Source: a virus
Lineage: Duplodnaviria; Caudoviricetes
Strand: one strand, 5' to 3'
IMG/VR virus record: IMGVR_UViG_3300044729_002905
Location: 1-52,913 of that record
Length of the DNA stretch: 52,913 bases
Position 1 is the stretch's first letter; each line of letters opens with the position of its first letter. Made by a program: the position numbers and the translations under genes. Below, piece by piece: positions 28,046-37,603 of the stretch. The notes beneath the pieces are model-generated. The model was given only the letters and a program-made list of their open reading frames with translations. It had not been told where the DNA came from and did not search any database.

Positions 28046-28705
28046 CTATTCACTTAATTGCATTTTAGCCCATACTGACATTGATGCTTCTTGCAGGGGT
28101 CCTTCAATCGGATCATCTTTAAAAATCATTAACAACTCACGAATGGCTTGGTCAGCACCAGCCATCAACAAACCTTTGCGATCTTTATTAGCTGTGTAGT
28201 TCTCTACCTGTGCAATAGTGCCGCGTAATTCTTTTTGCATGCCAGCAATACGCGCAACACCAGAATCACGTTTCACAGCAAAATTTTCAATGTCTTCTCT
28301 AAGTTTACGAATATCTTCTTGCATCTCCATGATCTCAGAAAGAAGAACGCTTCTGTGATCTGGTTTTGAATAATGTTTAGCAATCCAAAGGTCACAACTG
28401 GTAATTGAACCGTTGTAACCAAGGAATCGAGAATAAAGATAAATTTCAATTACTGAATTATTACTTTCAGCAAACGCAACAAAACTTTCTCTGGTCGGAG
28501 AATCTAAATTATCTAACCAGTGGTCAAAAACTTTAATATCGATATGCTCGTTGAGACTGGCCGTAGTCTCGAGCTTCGTCTTCTTGCCTAAATCGCTGGG
28601 ATTGTTCAGCAGAACCTCTTTGTTCTTCTGCACCCTTACCGATAGTTTCTCGCTCTTGTTCACCAGCAGTCTCCATTTTCTTTTTGGAAAATTCGTAGGC
28701 GACAC
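28046..28705 (-). CDS. Helical protein, possibly terminase small subunit (start uncertain)
   Basis: Coiled-coil C-terminus and position upstream of terL. Confidence 0.45.
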   Translation of the reverse strand: MSPTNFPKRKWRLLVNKSEKLSVRVQKNKEVLLNNPSDLGKKTKLETTASLNEHIDIKVFDHWLDNLDSPTRESFVAFAESNNSVIEIYLYSRFLGYNGSITSCDLWIAKHYSKPDHRSVLLSEIMEMQEDIRKLREDIENFAVKRDSGVARIAGMQKELRGTIAQVENYTANKDRKGLLMAGADQAIRELLMIFKDDPIEGPLQEASMSVWAKMQLSE

Positions 28706-28781
28706 CAGCCGCCTGACGATATTTGTCTAGATCAAACCAGTCATCAACATCGGTTTGTCCAGCGGGAACACTGCTAGTCAT
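28533..28781 (-). CDS. Small paralog 3 (MTSSVP family)
   Basis: MTSSVPAGQTDVDDWFDLDKYRQ... Confidence 0.6.
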   Translation of the reverse strand: MTSSVPAGQTDVDDWFDLDKYRQAAGVAYEFSKKKMETAGEQERETIGKGAEEQRGSAEQSQRFRQEDEARDYGQSQRAYRY

Positions 28782-28799
28782 AATAGCGAATTATACAGT

Positions 28800-28943
28800 T
28801 TACTGTTGGGAAGAATCAGGAAGTTTTTTATCCAGCCGTTGTTGATCACGTTTAGATGCTTCTAAACGCTCAAGAAGATTTCGATAGCTGTCAAGATTAA
28901 ACTCTTGAGCGGGAGTTTGATCTTCTTGAATTGGTGTTTGCAT
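28800..28943 (-). CDS. Small paralog 2 (47 aa)
   Basis: MQTPIQEDQTPAQEFNLDSYRNLLERLEASKRDQQR...; TGATG-coupled. Confidence 0.55.
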   Translation of the reverse strand: MQTPIQEDQTPAQEFNLDSYRNLLERLEASKRDQQRLDKKLPDSSQQ

Positions 28944-29122
28944 CAGAAGTTAGACATCATACTGGCAAGACCACCGGCATAAATATCGCGGCGACCTTCG
29001 AGAGATTTTTGGCGCTGTTGACGACCTTTTGAAGCTTCAAGACGAGCAAGCAGTTGCTCAAACTTATTGATATCAAAATAATCGTCAGCGGTACCTTGTC
29101 CTTCGGGAACAGAGCTGGTCAT
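28943..29122 (-). CDS. Small paralog 1 (59 aa)
   Basis: MTSSVPEGQGTADDYFDINKFEQLLARLEASKGRQQR... Confidence 0.6.
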   Translation of the reverse strand: MTSSVPEGQGTADDYFDINKFEQLLARLEASKGRQQRQKSLEGRRDIYAGGLASMMSNF

Positions 29123-29165
29123 CTTGTATAAGTATTGACTCTTGATTAATTATAACAATATGAAT

Positions 29166-30047
29166 TTAAGACCAGAACCCTGAAACAAGATTTGAATAAA
29201 CACTACCTTCTGCAGAAATCTTTGCAACAGCTTTAGTGCCTTCATTTTTAAGTTTTTGGGTTTCCTTGTCAATTTCTCCTTGAAGATTGGTAAGACCTGC
29301 ACTGTAAAGATACTGCCTGGTATCACGAATGTTTTGCTGTTGTGCTTCCAGCTCTGCCGGAGTGCCTGAAAACGCTTTACCAAAATCAGGAGTAACAACT
29401 TTAGTGCGACCTTGAAGATCGCCACCGTACTGAGGAAGGAGCGATGAATCAAATTTAAAAGTACGTTGACCAGTTTTTTTCCCTTCTGCGGTAAGCGTTT
29501 GCTTACCATACATGGTGTCGTAATAGTTATCAAGATAGCTTTGATTGAATTTATCTTGATACTCAGAACTTTTGGTAAGAGAAGACTTGAAGTCCTCCAT
29601 CGTACCGTAATAACCCTGTCCAAAACGCTCTTGAGCTTTGGCTAGTTCTTCCGAGGTTGCTTGACGACCAAGAAGTTCTTCGTAGGAGGCTTTAATGCCA
29701 GTCTCACGCTTACCGGGAAGAGCCGCTGTATATTGTTGGGTTAACTCATTAATATCGGCTTCAGGAGGAGTTAAATCATATTTAGCTGCATAATCACGTA
29801 ATTGATTAGCAGCAGACTCATACCCAATTAATCCTTGAGCCAGTTGTTGTTGAGTAGTTTGCTTTAATCCCGCGTACGCAGCAGCACCAGAAGCTTTACG
29901 AGCTTCTGCAGCAGCCTTAGCCTCAGCACGTTCTGATGCAGCACGTGTTTCCGCTAGAGATTCTTTTTCTTTAGTGTATTGCAGATACTTTGCAAAGCTA
30001 TCGTCCGGCGGCGGCGGAGTGTAGCTAACGGTAGGACCTCCTCCCAT
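29166..30047 (-). CDS. Putative internal virion protein
   Basis: 293 aa with an 'MGGGP...PPPP' start and a strong RBS. Confidence 0.6.
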   Translation of the reverse strand: MGGGPTVSYTPPPPDDSFAKYLQYTKEKESLAETRAASERAEAKAAAEARKASGAAAYAGLKQTTQQQLAQGLIGYESAANQLRDYAAKYDLTPPEADINELTQQYTAALPGKRETGIKASYEELLGRQATSEELAKAQERFGQGYYGTMEDFKSSLTKSSEYQDKFNQSYLDNYYDTMYGKQTLTAEGKKTGQRTFKFDSSLLPQYGGDLQGRTKVVTPDFGKAFSGTPAELEAQQQNIRDTRQYLYSAGLTNLQGEIDKETQKLKNEGTKAVAKISAEGSVYSNLVSGFWS

Positions 30048-30056
30048 ATTCCCTCC

Positions 30057-30611
30057 TTATCCGAAATAACTAGAAGATGTACGACCAAACATCGCATCAG
30101 TTACGGCGCGACGTTCAGCAATGGCCCGATCAATAGCAAGTTTATTTTCAAATCGAGCAGCTTCTTTAGATTCTGGTGAAATACGCGCCAGGCGCTCACG
30201 TTTAGATGCTTCTGAGCCAAGTCCAAGTTGACGTTCAGCAAAAGGCCCTTGCATCCACTTCTTAGCTTCTTGTTCACGTCCAAAAGCAATATCACCGCCT
30301 GTACCAGCAGCAAATAATGGTCCCCACATGGAAGAACCAAGAGCTGCTTTGGTTTGCTCACGGCCTTCAAGAATAGCTTGGTTCTGAGCAGCAAGTTGAG
30401 CTTGTGCAATGCTTGCAGAGGTTTGTGCTTGGCCCATGCCAAACAAACCACCAATCAAGCTTCCACCCAAACCAAGACCAAGACTTAAGGGATCCATTCC
30501 ACCTCCACTTCCGCTTTTTAAAGCACTAGGACTAGAAAAATTTCCATAGCCACCAGAAAAAGCTTTTGACGGATCAAAAGTTGTAAATGATGACGGGAAG
30601 CTGTAACTCAC
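30057..30611 (-). CDS. Putative DNA-pilot/ejection-like protein
   Basis: 'MDPLSLGLGLGGSLIGGLFG..Q...A..A.AQ' is the glycine-rich helix typical of pilot proteins. Confidence 0.55.
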   Translation of the reverse strand: MSYSFPSSFTTFDPSKAFSGGYGNFSSPSALKSGSGGGMDPLSLGLGLGGSLIGGLFGMGQAQTSASIAQAQLAAQNQAILEGREQTKAALGSSMWGPLFAAGTGGDIAFGREQEAKKWMQGPFAERQLGLGSEASKRERLARISPESKEAARFENKLAIDRAIAERRAVTDAMFGRTSSSYFG

Positions 30612-30617
30612 TGTATT

Positions 30618-31100
30618 CTACCCAAAGTATTTTTCAGGTTGAAACTGATAAGAAGCAAATTGCGCCCTGGGGTAATTAGCAAGAGTTTTTGAAAAAGTAT
30701 CTGCTACAGCTTGACCTGCGTACAAATTGGTAGCCGCAATATTACCAAATCCTTGTGCAATTGTTTTAGGAATATTTGCAAGAGTCGAATATTTAAAAGC
30801 TTCACGCAAAGATTCTTTGCCTAACTCTTGAGCACGACGTGCTTCTTGTTCACGAAAGCGCCCAAGTTCATCAAGAGTATAGGGTTGTTGAACGAAAGGT
30901 GCAATTGCTCCAGCGACAGATTGAGATTCAATTTGAGATTCAATTACACGTTTACGTAAATTGTTTTTTTCTTCTTTTGATAAAGAAGAAAAACCAGGAA
31001 TGTTTTCAATATTTACAGGACCAGCAGTTTGGGGTTGTCCATAAGTGAACATCCCAAGTTTACTGCCTTTATTGAAAACGTCAGAAAAAGCCATAATCAC
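30618..31100 (-). CDS. Putative internal virion protein
   Basis: 160 aa in a coupled cluster. Confidence 0.5.
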   Translation of the reverse strand: MIMAFSDVFNKGSKLGMFTYGQPQTAGPVNIENIPGFSSLSKEEKNNLRKRVIESQIESQSVAGAIAPFVQQPYTLDELGRFREQEARRAQELGKESLREAFKYSTLANIPKTIAQGFGNIAATNLYAGQAVADTFSKTLANYPRAQFASYQFQPEKYFG

Positions 31101-31960
31101 CCAAAGCTAATTTGCGGAGCTTGAAGAGTTGCACCAATGTAAGGATTAGTAGCAAGTGCCTGACGCATCGTTGCACCACGCTCCTGTTGGCCTACAGTTG
31201 CAAGACGGCCCATCATCGCACTACGGCCAAGTTGTTGATAAGCAGCAGTCTGACTATTAAGCATTGCTTGAGCATTGGTAAGTTGAGCGCGTTGAGCACG
31301 TTCCATAACTGGAGCCATTGCTTTAGCTTGCTGAACTTCCTGGGTCATCATGAAACCAAGAAGTTCTTTATTAAGAGCAAGTTCAGCGCCGCCAATTTGT
31401 TGAATATCTTGAAGAGTTTGAGCTCGATCAAAGTCACGTTGACGACGAGTCACTGCTGTTTCCGTAAGAGGAACACCAGCGATTTCTACGTCTGTGCCGC
31501 CACCAGGGCGTTGCCCGGCTTCTTGCGCTTTACCAGCTAACGCACCGGCTGCTTGTTCAGCGCTAACGCCACCAACGAGTCCACCAAGTGCAGGAAGAAC
31601 AAACTTAGCAACTTTACCAGCGGGACCAGGAATTAAACCTGCAAGTGCCGTACCAATCCCACCACCAGTTAAACCACCAGCAGTACTAGCAACTGCTCCT
31701 AGTACATCACCCTGCATCAATTGTTGTCCGCCAACCAAACCAGCCGCACCCAAGGTTCCATACATACCTGGACGTTGGATAGCAGCTTGACCTGCTTGAC
31801 GTGCGGCAGTAGCTGCAGACGCACCTGCTTGACGTACTTGAGGACCTGCTTGACGAGCCCTCCCCATCAGACGTTGAAACAAATCAGGAGAAGCTTGAGA
31901 AGCATAAAGGGGTGATTGAGGATATTGCGTTTGCGTACTCCAGGGATCTGGCAACATCAC
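31097..31960 (-). CDS. Putative internal virion protein (glycine zipper)
   Basis: 287 aa, Gly/Ala/Gln-rich. Confidence 0.55.
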   Translation of the reverse strand: MMLPDPWSTQTQYPQSPLYASQASPDLFQRLMGRARQAGPQVRQAGASAATAARQAGQAAIQRPGMYGTLGAAGLVGGQQLMQGDVLGAVASTAGGLTGGGIGTALAGLIPGPAGKVAKFVLPALGGLVGGVSAEQAAGALAGKAQEAGQRPGGGTDVEIAGVPLTETAVTRRQRDFDRAQTLQDIQQIGGAELALNKELLGFMMTQEVQQAKAMAPVMERAQRAQLTNAQAMLNSQTAAYQQLGRSAMMGRLATVGQQERGATMRQALATNPYIGATLQAPQISFG

Positions 31961-32009
31961 TATTTACCTATCAATCTTTTAATTATTTAAATTCTATCAG
32001 AAGCAATAT

Positions 32010-32960
32010 TTATTGCATTGGTAATTTATTTTCTGTATTACCAGCAGCAGCAATTACTTGATTAGTAAGAACGCCAAGTACTGCTCCTGCGGCAGAACCA
32101 ACGGCGCCACCTGCAAGACCCCTAAGAGCCCCCCTGGTGCGTGTACCAGGAATATCAATACTAGGCTTAGCGCCCATGCCAACACCAAGCTTTGCACCTG
32201 TCAGGCCGCCTGCAAGGGCGGCAGCAGAAGGGATGGTTACGGGATAACCAAAAACGCGAGCTTCTGGAACACCTTGAAGATTTTCTGGCGTTGCTTTAAT
32301 AATTCCCATGGTTGCACGACCGATGGGTCCTGGATCGTTGTAAAGAAAATTCATATAGTTGGCATACCGCCCTTTTGTAAGAGTTGGAATTTCTTCTTGT
32401 GCTTTTTCAAAAGCCAAGGGTCGACCAGTACGTCCCTGAAAAAAACGTTGAAAAAGCTCAGTACCCGGTTCTAAAGTTTGTGTTGGATCTTCTGGATCCG
32501 GAACATTTTGTTTGTAACCAGTAGGCCGTCCTAGTTCAGAAATATTTAAAGGATTGTATGCACCGCTTAATGCGATAGCTGGTTGAACAGCGGCAATACC
32601 AACTGCTCCTCGCCCATACGGACCAAGCACATCACCTGGATCAATGCCTTTTTGAAGAAGTTTATCTGCAATAGCTAACGGATGGTTGTAACGCCAATAA
32701 ATACCACGACTTTCATCAGCAATAATATCGCCAGCAAGTCGGGCCGTAACAGCACCAGCAAATTGTGCAGGCGTTTCTTTTGCGCTGATACCTTCTTGTT
32801 TTAAACCTGCATAAAATTCTGGATCTTTAATTGCAGCTCTACCATACTTTTCAGGCCGCAAAGCAGCGGGTAATGTTGGGTCGTTTGCCAAATCGGCAAT
32901 CTCCAACATTTTACTTTTGCCTGTTCGAAAACCTTGTAAATAACTTTGTAAGGGATTCAT
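32010..32960 (-). CDS. Putative internal virion protein
   Basis: 316 aa with a C-terminal glycine zipper. Confidence 0.55.
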   Translation of the reverse strand: MNPLQSYLQGFRTGKSKMLEIADLANDPTLPAALRPEKYGRAAIKDPEFYAGLKQEGISAKETPAQFAGAVTARLAGDIIADESRGIYWRYNHPLAIADKLLQKGIDPGDVLGPYGRGAVGIAAVQPAIALSGAYNPLNISELGRPTGYKQNVPDPEDPTQTLEPGTELFQRFFQGRTGRPLAFEKAQEEIPTLTKGRYANYMNFLYNDPGPIGRATMGIIKATPENLQGVPEARVFGYPVTIPSAAALAGGLTGAKLGVGMGAKPSIDIPGTRTRGALRGLAGGAVGSAAGAVLGVLTNQVIAAAGNTENKLPMQ

Positions 32961-32962
32961 AT

Positions 32963-33562
32963 TTATAACGCTACATACTCTTGAATTTGTTTTTGAATTT
33001 CAGGAGGAAGTGTAATACCAGGATAATGAGACATAGTTTGCTCAACACCTTGCATTTGATACATTGTATTAGGAGAAAGATTTAATTGACTTAAAGGAAG
33101 TTTGTTGACATACGAACGTTGAATCATTTGTTGGGCATTTTGAGCACGTTGTGATTCAACTTGGGGCACCAGTTGTTGTGCTTGTTGCGCTAAAAACTGT
33201 TGAGCATCAGGTTGAACAGATGGCGTGCGAGGGGTAAGAATATTACTGACTAATGCACCAGAACCAAGAGACGCTCCTACATTAATGATATTTTCTGCCA
33301 TTGATGGCGAATAAGATTTGGTTGTTGCTCCAGTAGCAACATCTTTAATTATTTGCTCTTTACCAGGAAAATATTTACGCGCTGCACGAAGAGCTGGGTA
33401 ATTAAGTAAAAAATCACCCGCGCCATAAGCTAGTGCATCAACTGGCCCGCCGGTAAGCAATCCTACACCAGCACTCAGTGCAGCACCAGGTAAAGCCTGT
33501 TTGGCTACTGCAGCAGAACCTGGTCCTGTAACAGCGCGACGTAGCAATTGACCTAACGACAC
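32963..33562 (-). CDS. Putative internal virion protein
   Basis: 199 aa, Gly/Ala/Gln-rich. Confidence 0.5.
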   Translation of the reverse strand: MSLGQLLRRAVTGPGSAAVAKQALPGAALSAGVGLLTGGPVDALAYGAGDFLLNYPALRAARKYFPGKEQIIKDVATGATTKSYSPSMAENIINVGASLGSGALVSNILTPRTPSVQPDAQQFLAQQAQQLVPQVESQRAQNAQQMIQRSYVNKLPLSQLNLSPNTMYQMQGVEQTMSHYPGITLPPEIQKQIQEYVAL

Positions 33563-33600
33563 AGATATTCTTAATACTGAGTTCTTTAGTTATTTTACGC

Positions 33601-34239
33601 CTAACCAATCGTTTTAGCTGGAGAAATATTTTGTTCTTCTTGTGTAATTTTTTCTTGGCCAATACGCTCTTCTGTTGGATTTAATTTTTTATCGGCAAGA
33701 AGCTGTGCAACAGAAACATTATTTTCCATTTCATTTTCTGCGCGACTTTCTGCTAACTGCATAATAAAGCCGTTCGGATCTGGATTCCTGGTGCGCGGCA
33801 TAGGATTCTTAGCACGTTTATCAGGACGGACCGTAGGACTTAACTTATATGCTTCCATCCACTCAGGATTAAAATCTGGTTGATTTTCGGGACGTACACG
33901 TGTTAAAGCTCGACCTTCTTCAAAACTATAATCATCTCTTTTAAATCGCCCCAGCCCCTGGAACATCTCATATCCCTGTTCTGGTAACTCATTATTTTCA
34001 TCCCAAAATGGAGAATTGGGAACGTAATTAAGGCGTGGGTTGTGAATTACTTTACGATTTTGAACAGCTTTAGTTAAATCTTCAAAAGTATATCGAGATG
34101 GGACCCAGGGGGATCCGCCGTGCTCTGTTGCGTATTTATCGCGAAACAACTCACGAAAACTTAACTGAGACGGAATTCGCCCTTTGTTATCAAAAGGATT
34201 AGATATATATCGACCTAGTTCCAGGCGTGCGTCTTTCAT
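33601..34239 (-). CDS. Hypothetical protein
   Basis: 212 aa, coupled to the upstream ORF. Confidence 0.55.
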   Translation of the reverse strand: MKDARLELGRYISNPFDNKGRIPSQLSFRELFRDKYATEHGGSPWVPSRYTFEDLTKAVQNRKVIHNPRLNYVPNSPFWDENNELPEQGYEMFQGLGRFKRDDYSFEEGRALTRVRPENQPDFNPEWMEAYKLSPTVRPDKRAKNPMPRTRNPDPNGFIMQLAESRAENEMENNVSVAQLLADKKLNPTEERIGQEKITQEEQNISPAKTIG

Positions 34240-34457
34240 TCTTTATTTTTCTTCTTGTTGTGTAATCCTACAAGAGTTTTGCGAAGGTTAGCTTGCTTTA
34301 CCGTACGATCATCATACTTTTCAGGATTAGCAAGGACGTTCTCCTGAAGCTGAGCAGAAGTAATACCTTTACGTTTTGCTTTAGCCGTAAAAGCCTCTTC
34401 TTTAATATCAGCTTTTTGAATCCACTTTTTTTCTTTTTTCTTTTTTTCTTCAGCCAT
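34236..34457 (-). CDS. Small Lys-rich phage protein
   Basis: 'KKWIQKADIKEEAFTAKAK...KQANLRKTL'. Confidence 0.65.
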   Translation of the reverse strand: MAEEKKKKEKKWIQKADIKEEAFTAKAKRKGITSAQLQENVLANPEKYDDRTVKQANLRKTLVGLHNKKKNKE

Positions 34458-34459
34458 GA

Positions 34460-36544
34460 TTAATCAAATAAATACGGGTTGCCAACAGCACGAACGTAAC
34501 GACTTAAAGCTTGTTGGGCGGGAGTAGCTTTTTTACCTAAAGAAGAAACAGATTTAGGACTAGAGCTACGACGTGGATAAGGGGAAAACTCGCCAATAGC
34601 AGAAACACCTAAATTTGCTATTTGTTGGCTCACAAAATCTTGAGCATCACGTCCTTCGATTCTAGCTCTACGCAACACTTCACTTGCGACAATACTTTCT
34701 TTAGCAGTTTCTCTACGTTGTAGTTCAGTTTCAAAAGATTGTTTAATACTAGGAGCTTTTGCAGCTTCTGCGCCAGCTACTAATTGTGGTATTGTTAAAG
34801 ATTCAAAACCACTACTGAGTTCTTTTTTTTGAAGCCAGCCCGGAACATAAGTAGGTTTACGAGAGGCAGCCGCAGAATACTCACCAGATGCTTTACTCAT
34901 TGCACCAGGAACATAACCTGGCTCAATTCCGTACACACCAATTCCAGCAGAACCACCTGGTACCTCAGGTGTTGCAGGGCGATTAAGAGATTGATACACA
35001 ATTTCTTGTTTTGATAATTCTTCTGAAGGAATATCTGCACTCATTGCACCTCTAGTACGCAAGGCACCAGGAATGTCTTGTCCCATCTCAAGGGGAATGT
35101 TGCGCACTAGTGGATCACCTGTTCCCATTAACTGGCGTTGCTCAAGTTTGGGAAGTGCTTCTTGAAGACTAGGTGCTGCACCACGAATTGCTGTACCTGC
35201 TGCAGTCGTTTCAATTTGTGCTTCTGGGCCAATATTAATAAGAGTTCGTTCGGGAAGAGGTGCTTCAGACTCGGGTCCAACACCAACAGCTTCTACTGCT
35301 TTACGAACTGTTTCAGGTAAAGAAATATCAACTTTACCTAATTCTTGTAAACGACGAAACTCGGAAGTACCTGGTTGAACACCAGACATAGATTTAGTTG
35401 TCCAGGTTTGCGCCAAAGCACGGTCAAAACGTTGGGTTCCAGGGCGTAAACCTTTTGCTTCAAGTTCTTGCCTTGCTGAAATCATTTGTGATTTAGCAAT
35501 GTCTGCAAGTTCTTGAGATGAAAGCGGACGAGCTGTTTCTACTTGATCAACAGGTAAACCATCTGGTAAACGAGAAGCAACTTGGCTAATGGGTTCGTCT
35601 TGCTCCATGCCAGCCAAATAGTTAGCATCTGCAACTTCTTCAAGTAATTCGACTTGAGTTAAATCAAGATCTTCATTGCGTTGCAGTTGTTGCTTAACAC
35701 GTCCTGTCATCTGATCTTCACCAGATTCAACAGCGTTAATTTTTTGATCAATAACTTGGGGTAAAGCTTGTTGCTGAACAGAAGTTAAATCTTCAATAGG
35801 AGCAAGAGATCCTTTTTGTTCAAGATAAGAACGTGGGTTAAAAATATTAAGTTGTTGAGGAGCAATAGACAAAGGGCGAGAAGGTGCTTCTTCTTGTACC
35901 AAACCTAAAAAGTCCCTGCGGACTGGACTGATGTTTGGACCAAACTCAGAACTACGAATTTGACGAAGTGTGGGAGAAACTTCACCACCTAACTCAAGTT
36001 GATAAGTAGCTGGAAGTGCTTCACGTGCAGCAGCAGCACTTTGAGTTGCAGCTTGACGACGCGTTTGAATTGTTTCTGAACTAATGCGAGGATATTCAAA
36101 TCGTGAAGGATACAACTCTTGGTATGTAGGTCCTTTGCGATACGGACTTTCGTACTCAATATCTTCTAATTGAGCTAAAGCGTTAGGTGCAGTAACAGTT
36201 TTTGACGGTTCAGGTTGCGTTTCTGCTACAACACGACGTACAGGTGACTCAGCACCAGCCATTTCAGAAAGGTTGGCTTGACGCACACCAGCATTTGCCG
36301 CAGGTTTACGGCCACCCATAAGACGACGAGCGCCAAGAACTGCTCCAACGCCACCAGCAAGAGTTAAACCTACTCCTAAACCAACAGAAAGAGGATCTGC
36401 TCCTTGTTTTTCAGGTGCTTTAAGCTGATTACGGCGAAATGCCAAGACTTCGGGCGCCATCTGTGCCCGTTCCATGGGGTCTTCGGGAATCGGTGCCCCA
36501 GTGGCACGACTGTAAGCATAAAAATCAGCTTGAGAAAGCGCCAT
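34460..36544 (-). CDS. Large low-complexity protein (putative virion)
   Basis: 694 aa with a TM-like glycine-rich helix near the N-terminus. Confidence 0.6.
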   Translation of the reverse strand: MALSQADFYAYSRATGAPIPEDPMERAQMAPEVLAFRRNQLKAPEKQGADPLSVGLGVGLTLAGGVGAVLGARRLMGGRKPAANAGVRQANLSEMAGAESPVRRVVAETQPEPSKTVTAPNALAQLEDIEYESPYRKGPTYQELYPSRFEYPRISSETIQTRRQAATQSAAAAREALPATYQLELGGEVSPTLRQIRSSEFGPNISPVRRDFLGLVQEEAPSRPLSIAPQQLNIFNPRSYLEQKGSLAPIEDLTSVQQQALPQVIDQKINAVESGEDQMTGRVKQQLQRNEDLDLTQVELLEEVADANYLAGMEQDEPISQVASRLPDGLPVDQVETARPLSSQELADIAKSQMISARQELEAKGLRPGTQRFDRALAQTWTTKSMSGVQPGTSEFRRLQELGKVDISLPETVRKAVEAVGVGPESEAPLPERTLINIGPEAQIETTAAGTAIRGAAPSLQEALPKLEQRQLMGTGDPLVRNIPLEMGQDIPGALRTRGAMSADIPSEELSKQEIVYQSLNRPATPEVPGGSAGIGVYGIEPGYVPGAMSKASGEYSAAASRKPTYVPGWLQKKELSSGFESLTIPQLVAGAEAAKAPSIKQSFETELQRRETAKESIVASEVLRRARIEGRDAQDFVSQQIANLGVSAIGEFSPYPRRSSSPKSVSSLGKKATPAQQALSRYVRAVGNPYLFD

Positions 36545-36644
36545 TTATGTTTATTGCACTAACTTTTGTCTGTTCACATTCTATTGTTGACAAATCTGGA
36601 GAATACATGCGATATATTTAATAAATACAGAAGTAAAACGTGAA

Positions 36645-36857
36645 ATGGACGCAGGTGTGCGCCAGAAAAGGGTAGAAGCCCTAGAAAAAATTAAAGATAA
36701 AGCCATGGAAATGGCTAAAACTGGACGTGATTCATTAGAAGTACGTGATTTTGTAACTGAAGCAAAGAAAGAATTAGCGTATGAGCTTCCAGATGAAGAT
36801 GCATTTCGTAAAGCAGTGGGTGCAACCAAGGCTTACATGAGCAAAAAACAAAAGTAA
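36645..36857 (+). CDS. Hypothetical protein
   Basis: 70 aa, followed by a terminator. Confidence 0.65.
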   Translation: MDAGVRQKRVEALEKIKDKAMEMAKTGRDSLEVRDFVTEAKKELAYELPDEDAFRKAVGATKAYMSKKQK

Positions 36858-36881
36858 ACATAAGTAAAGTTTATTAAACAC

Positions 36882-36911
36882 GCCGGGGCATAAAACGACC
36901 CCGGCTTTTTT
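36882..36911 (+). terminator. Intrinsic terminator
   Basis: GCCGGGG-loop-CCCCGGC followed by TTTTTT. Confidence 0.85.
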
Positions 36912-37169
36912 GTGTCAAAGTTTGGGCTAAGTGCACTTTTGAAGTACAAATGGGTATTTTATATATTTTTTGAGTATAAATACTTATTTATTTAAATGAA
37001 GGGGTCAACTTTTTAACTTGTTTGGGGTAATAATTGTCCGAGTGTTCTCCCACCCCCTATACGTAGTGAGTTACGTGTAGAAAAAAAAGAATGCGGGGTG
37101 GTCATATTAATAAGTAATTGTACCTAGGTAAGATTCACATGGAAATGTCAGCGTTTCAACATATTTACC

Positions 37170-37189
37170 TGTGGAAAACCTGTGGAAAT
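37170..37189 (-). promoter_or_regulatory. Tandem DnaA-box-like 9-mers
   Basis: TGTGGAAAA (reverse complement TTTTCCACA) at 37170 and TGTGGAAAT at 37181, after an AT-rich non-coding stretch. Confidence 0.45.
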
Positions 37190-37279
37190 GGGGAATCTCC
37201 TCGCTCCCTCCCTGTTCAGGAATGACTGTCGTCGTTTAGGAGCTGAGATCCATTGCGGCGCAAGGGTTTTCAGCGATTC

Positions 37280-37309
37280 ACGTCTAGCTGATGGACGTTA
37301 AATCGTAGC
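37280..37309 (+). ncRNA. Family C pseudoknot element, divergent copy
   Basis: ACGTCT-agctgat-GGACGT-TAA-ATCGTAGC. Confidence 0.4.
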
Positions 37310-37337
37310 GAGTTCATTCTAATTACTTATCAACATC

Positions 37338-37520
37338 ATGATTTACACCGTTCAAGTCAAGCGTGATTACTTTAATCAATACGCTGATTACACCTTTCAA
37401 GATGAATACTTCAATGGTTCCGAGAAACAGTTCAACACAGAAGAGGAAGCTGTTCAGTACTTCAAGTCTTTTGAAGACTGGGAGCAAGATCTTCTAATGG
37501 TTGAATCGTTTCCTTTCTGA
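37338..37520 (+). CDS. Early hypothetical protein
   Basis: 60 aa, acidic. Confidence 0.6.
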   Translation: MIYTVQVKRDYFNQYADYTFQDEYFNGSEKQFNTEEEAVQYFKSFEDWEQDLLMVESFPF

Positions 37521-37588
37521 GTACCAGGCATGATGCCGGGGGATCGAATCCCCCACTCAGTATTACCCTTAGCGGAGATGGGTACCGC
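37517..37588 (+). ncRNA. Family A tRNA-like junction element, copy 1
   Basis: CTGAGT/ACTCAG closing stem, GGCA/TGCC hairpin, GGGG-ATCGAAT-CCCC T-arm, then TATTACCC...GGGTACCGC. Confidence 0.55.
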
Positions 37589-37603
37589 CATTGAATCAAT
37601 CTC

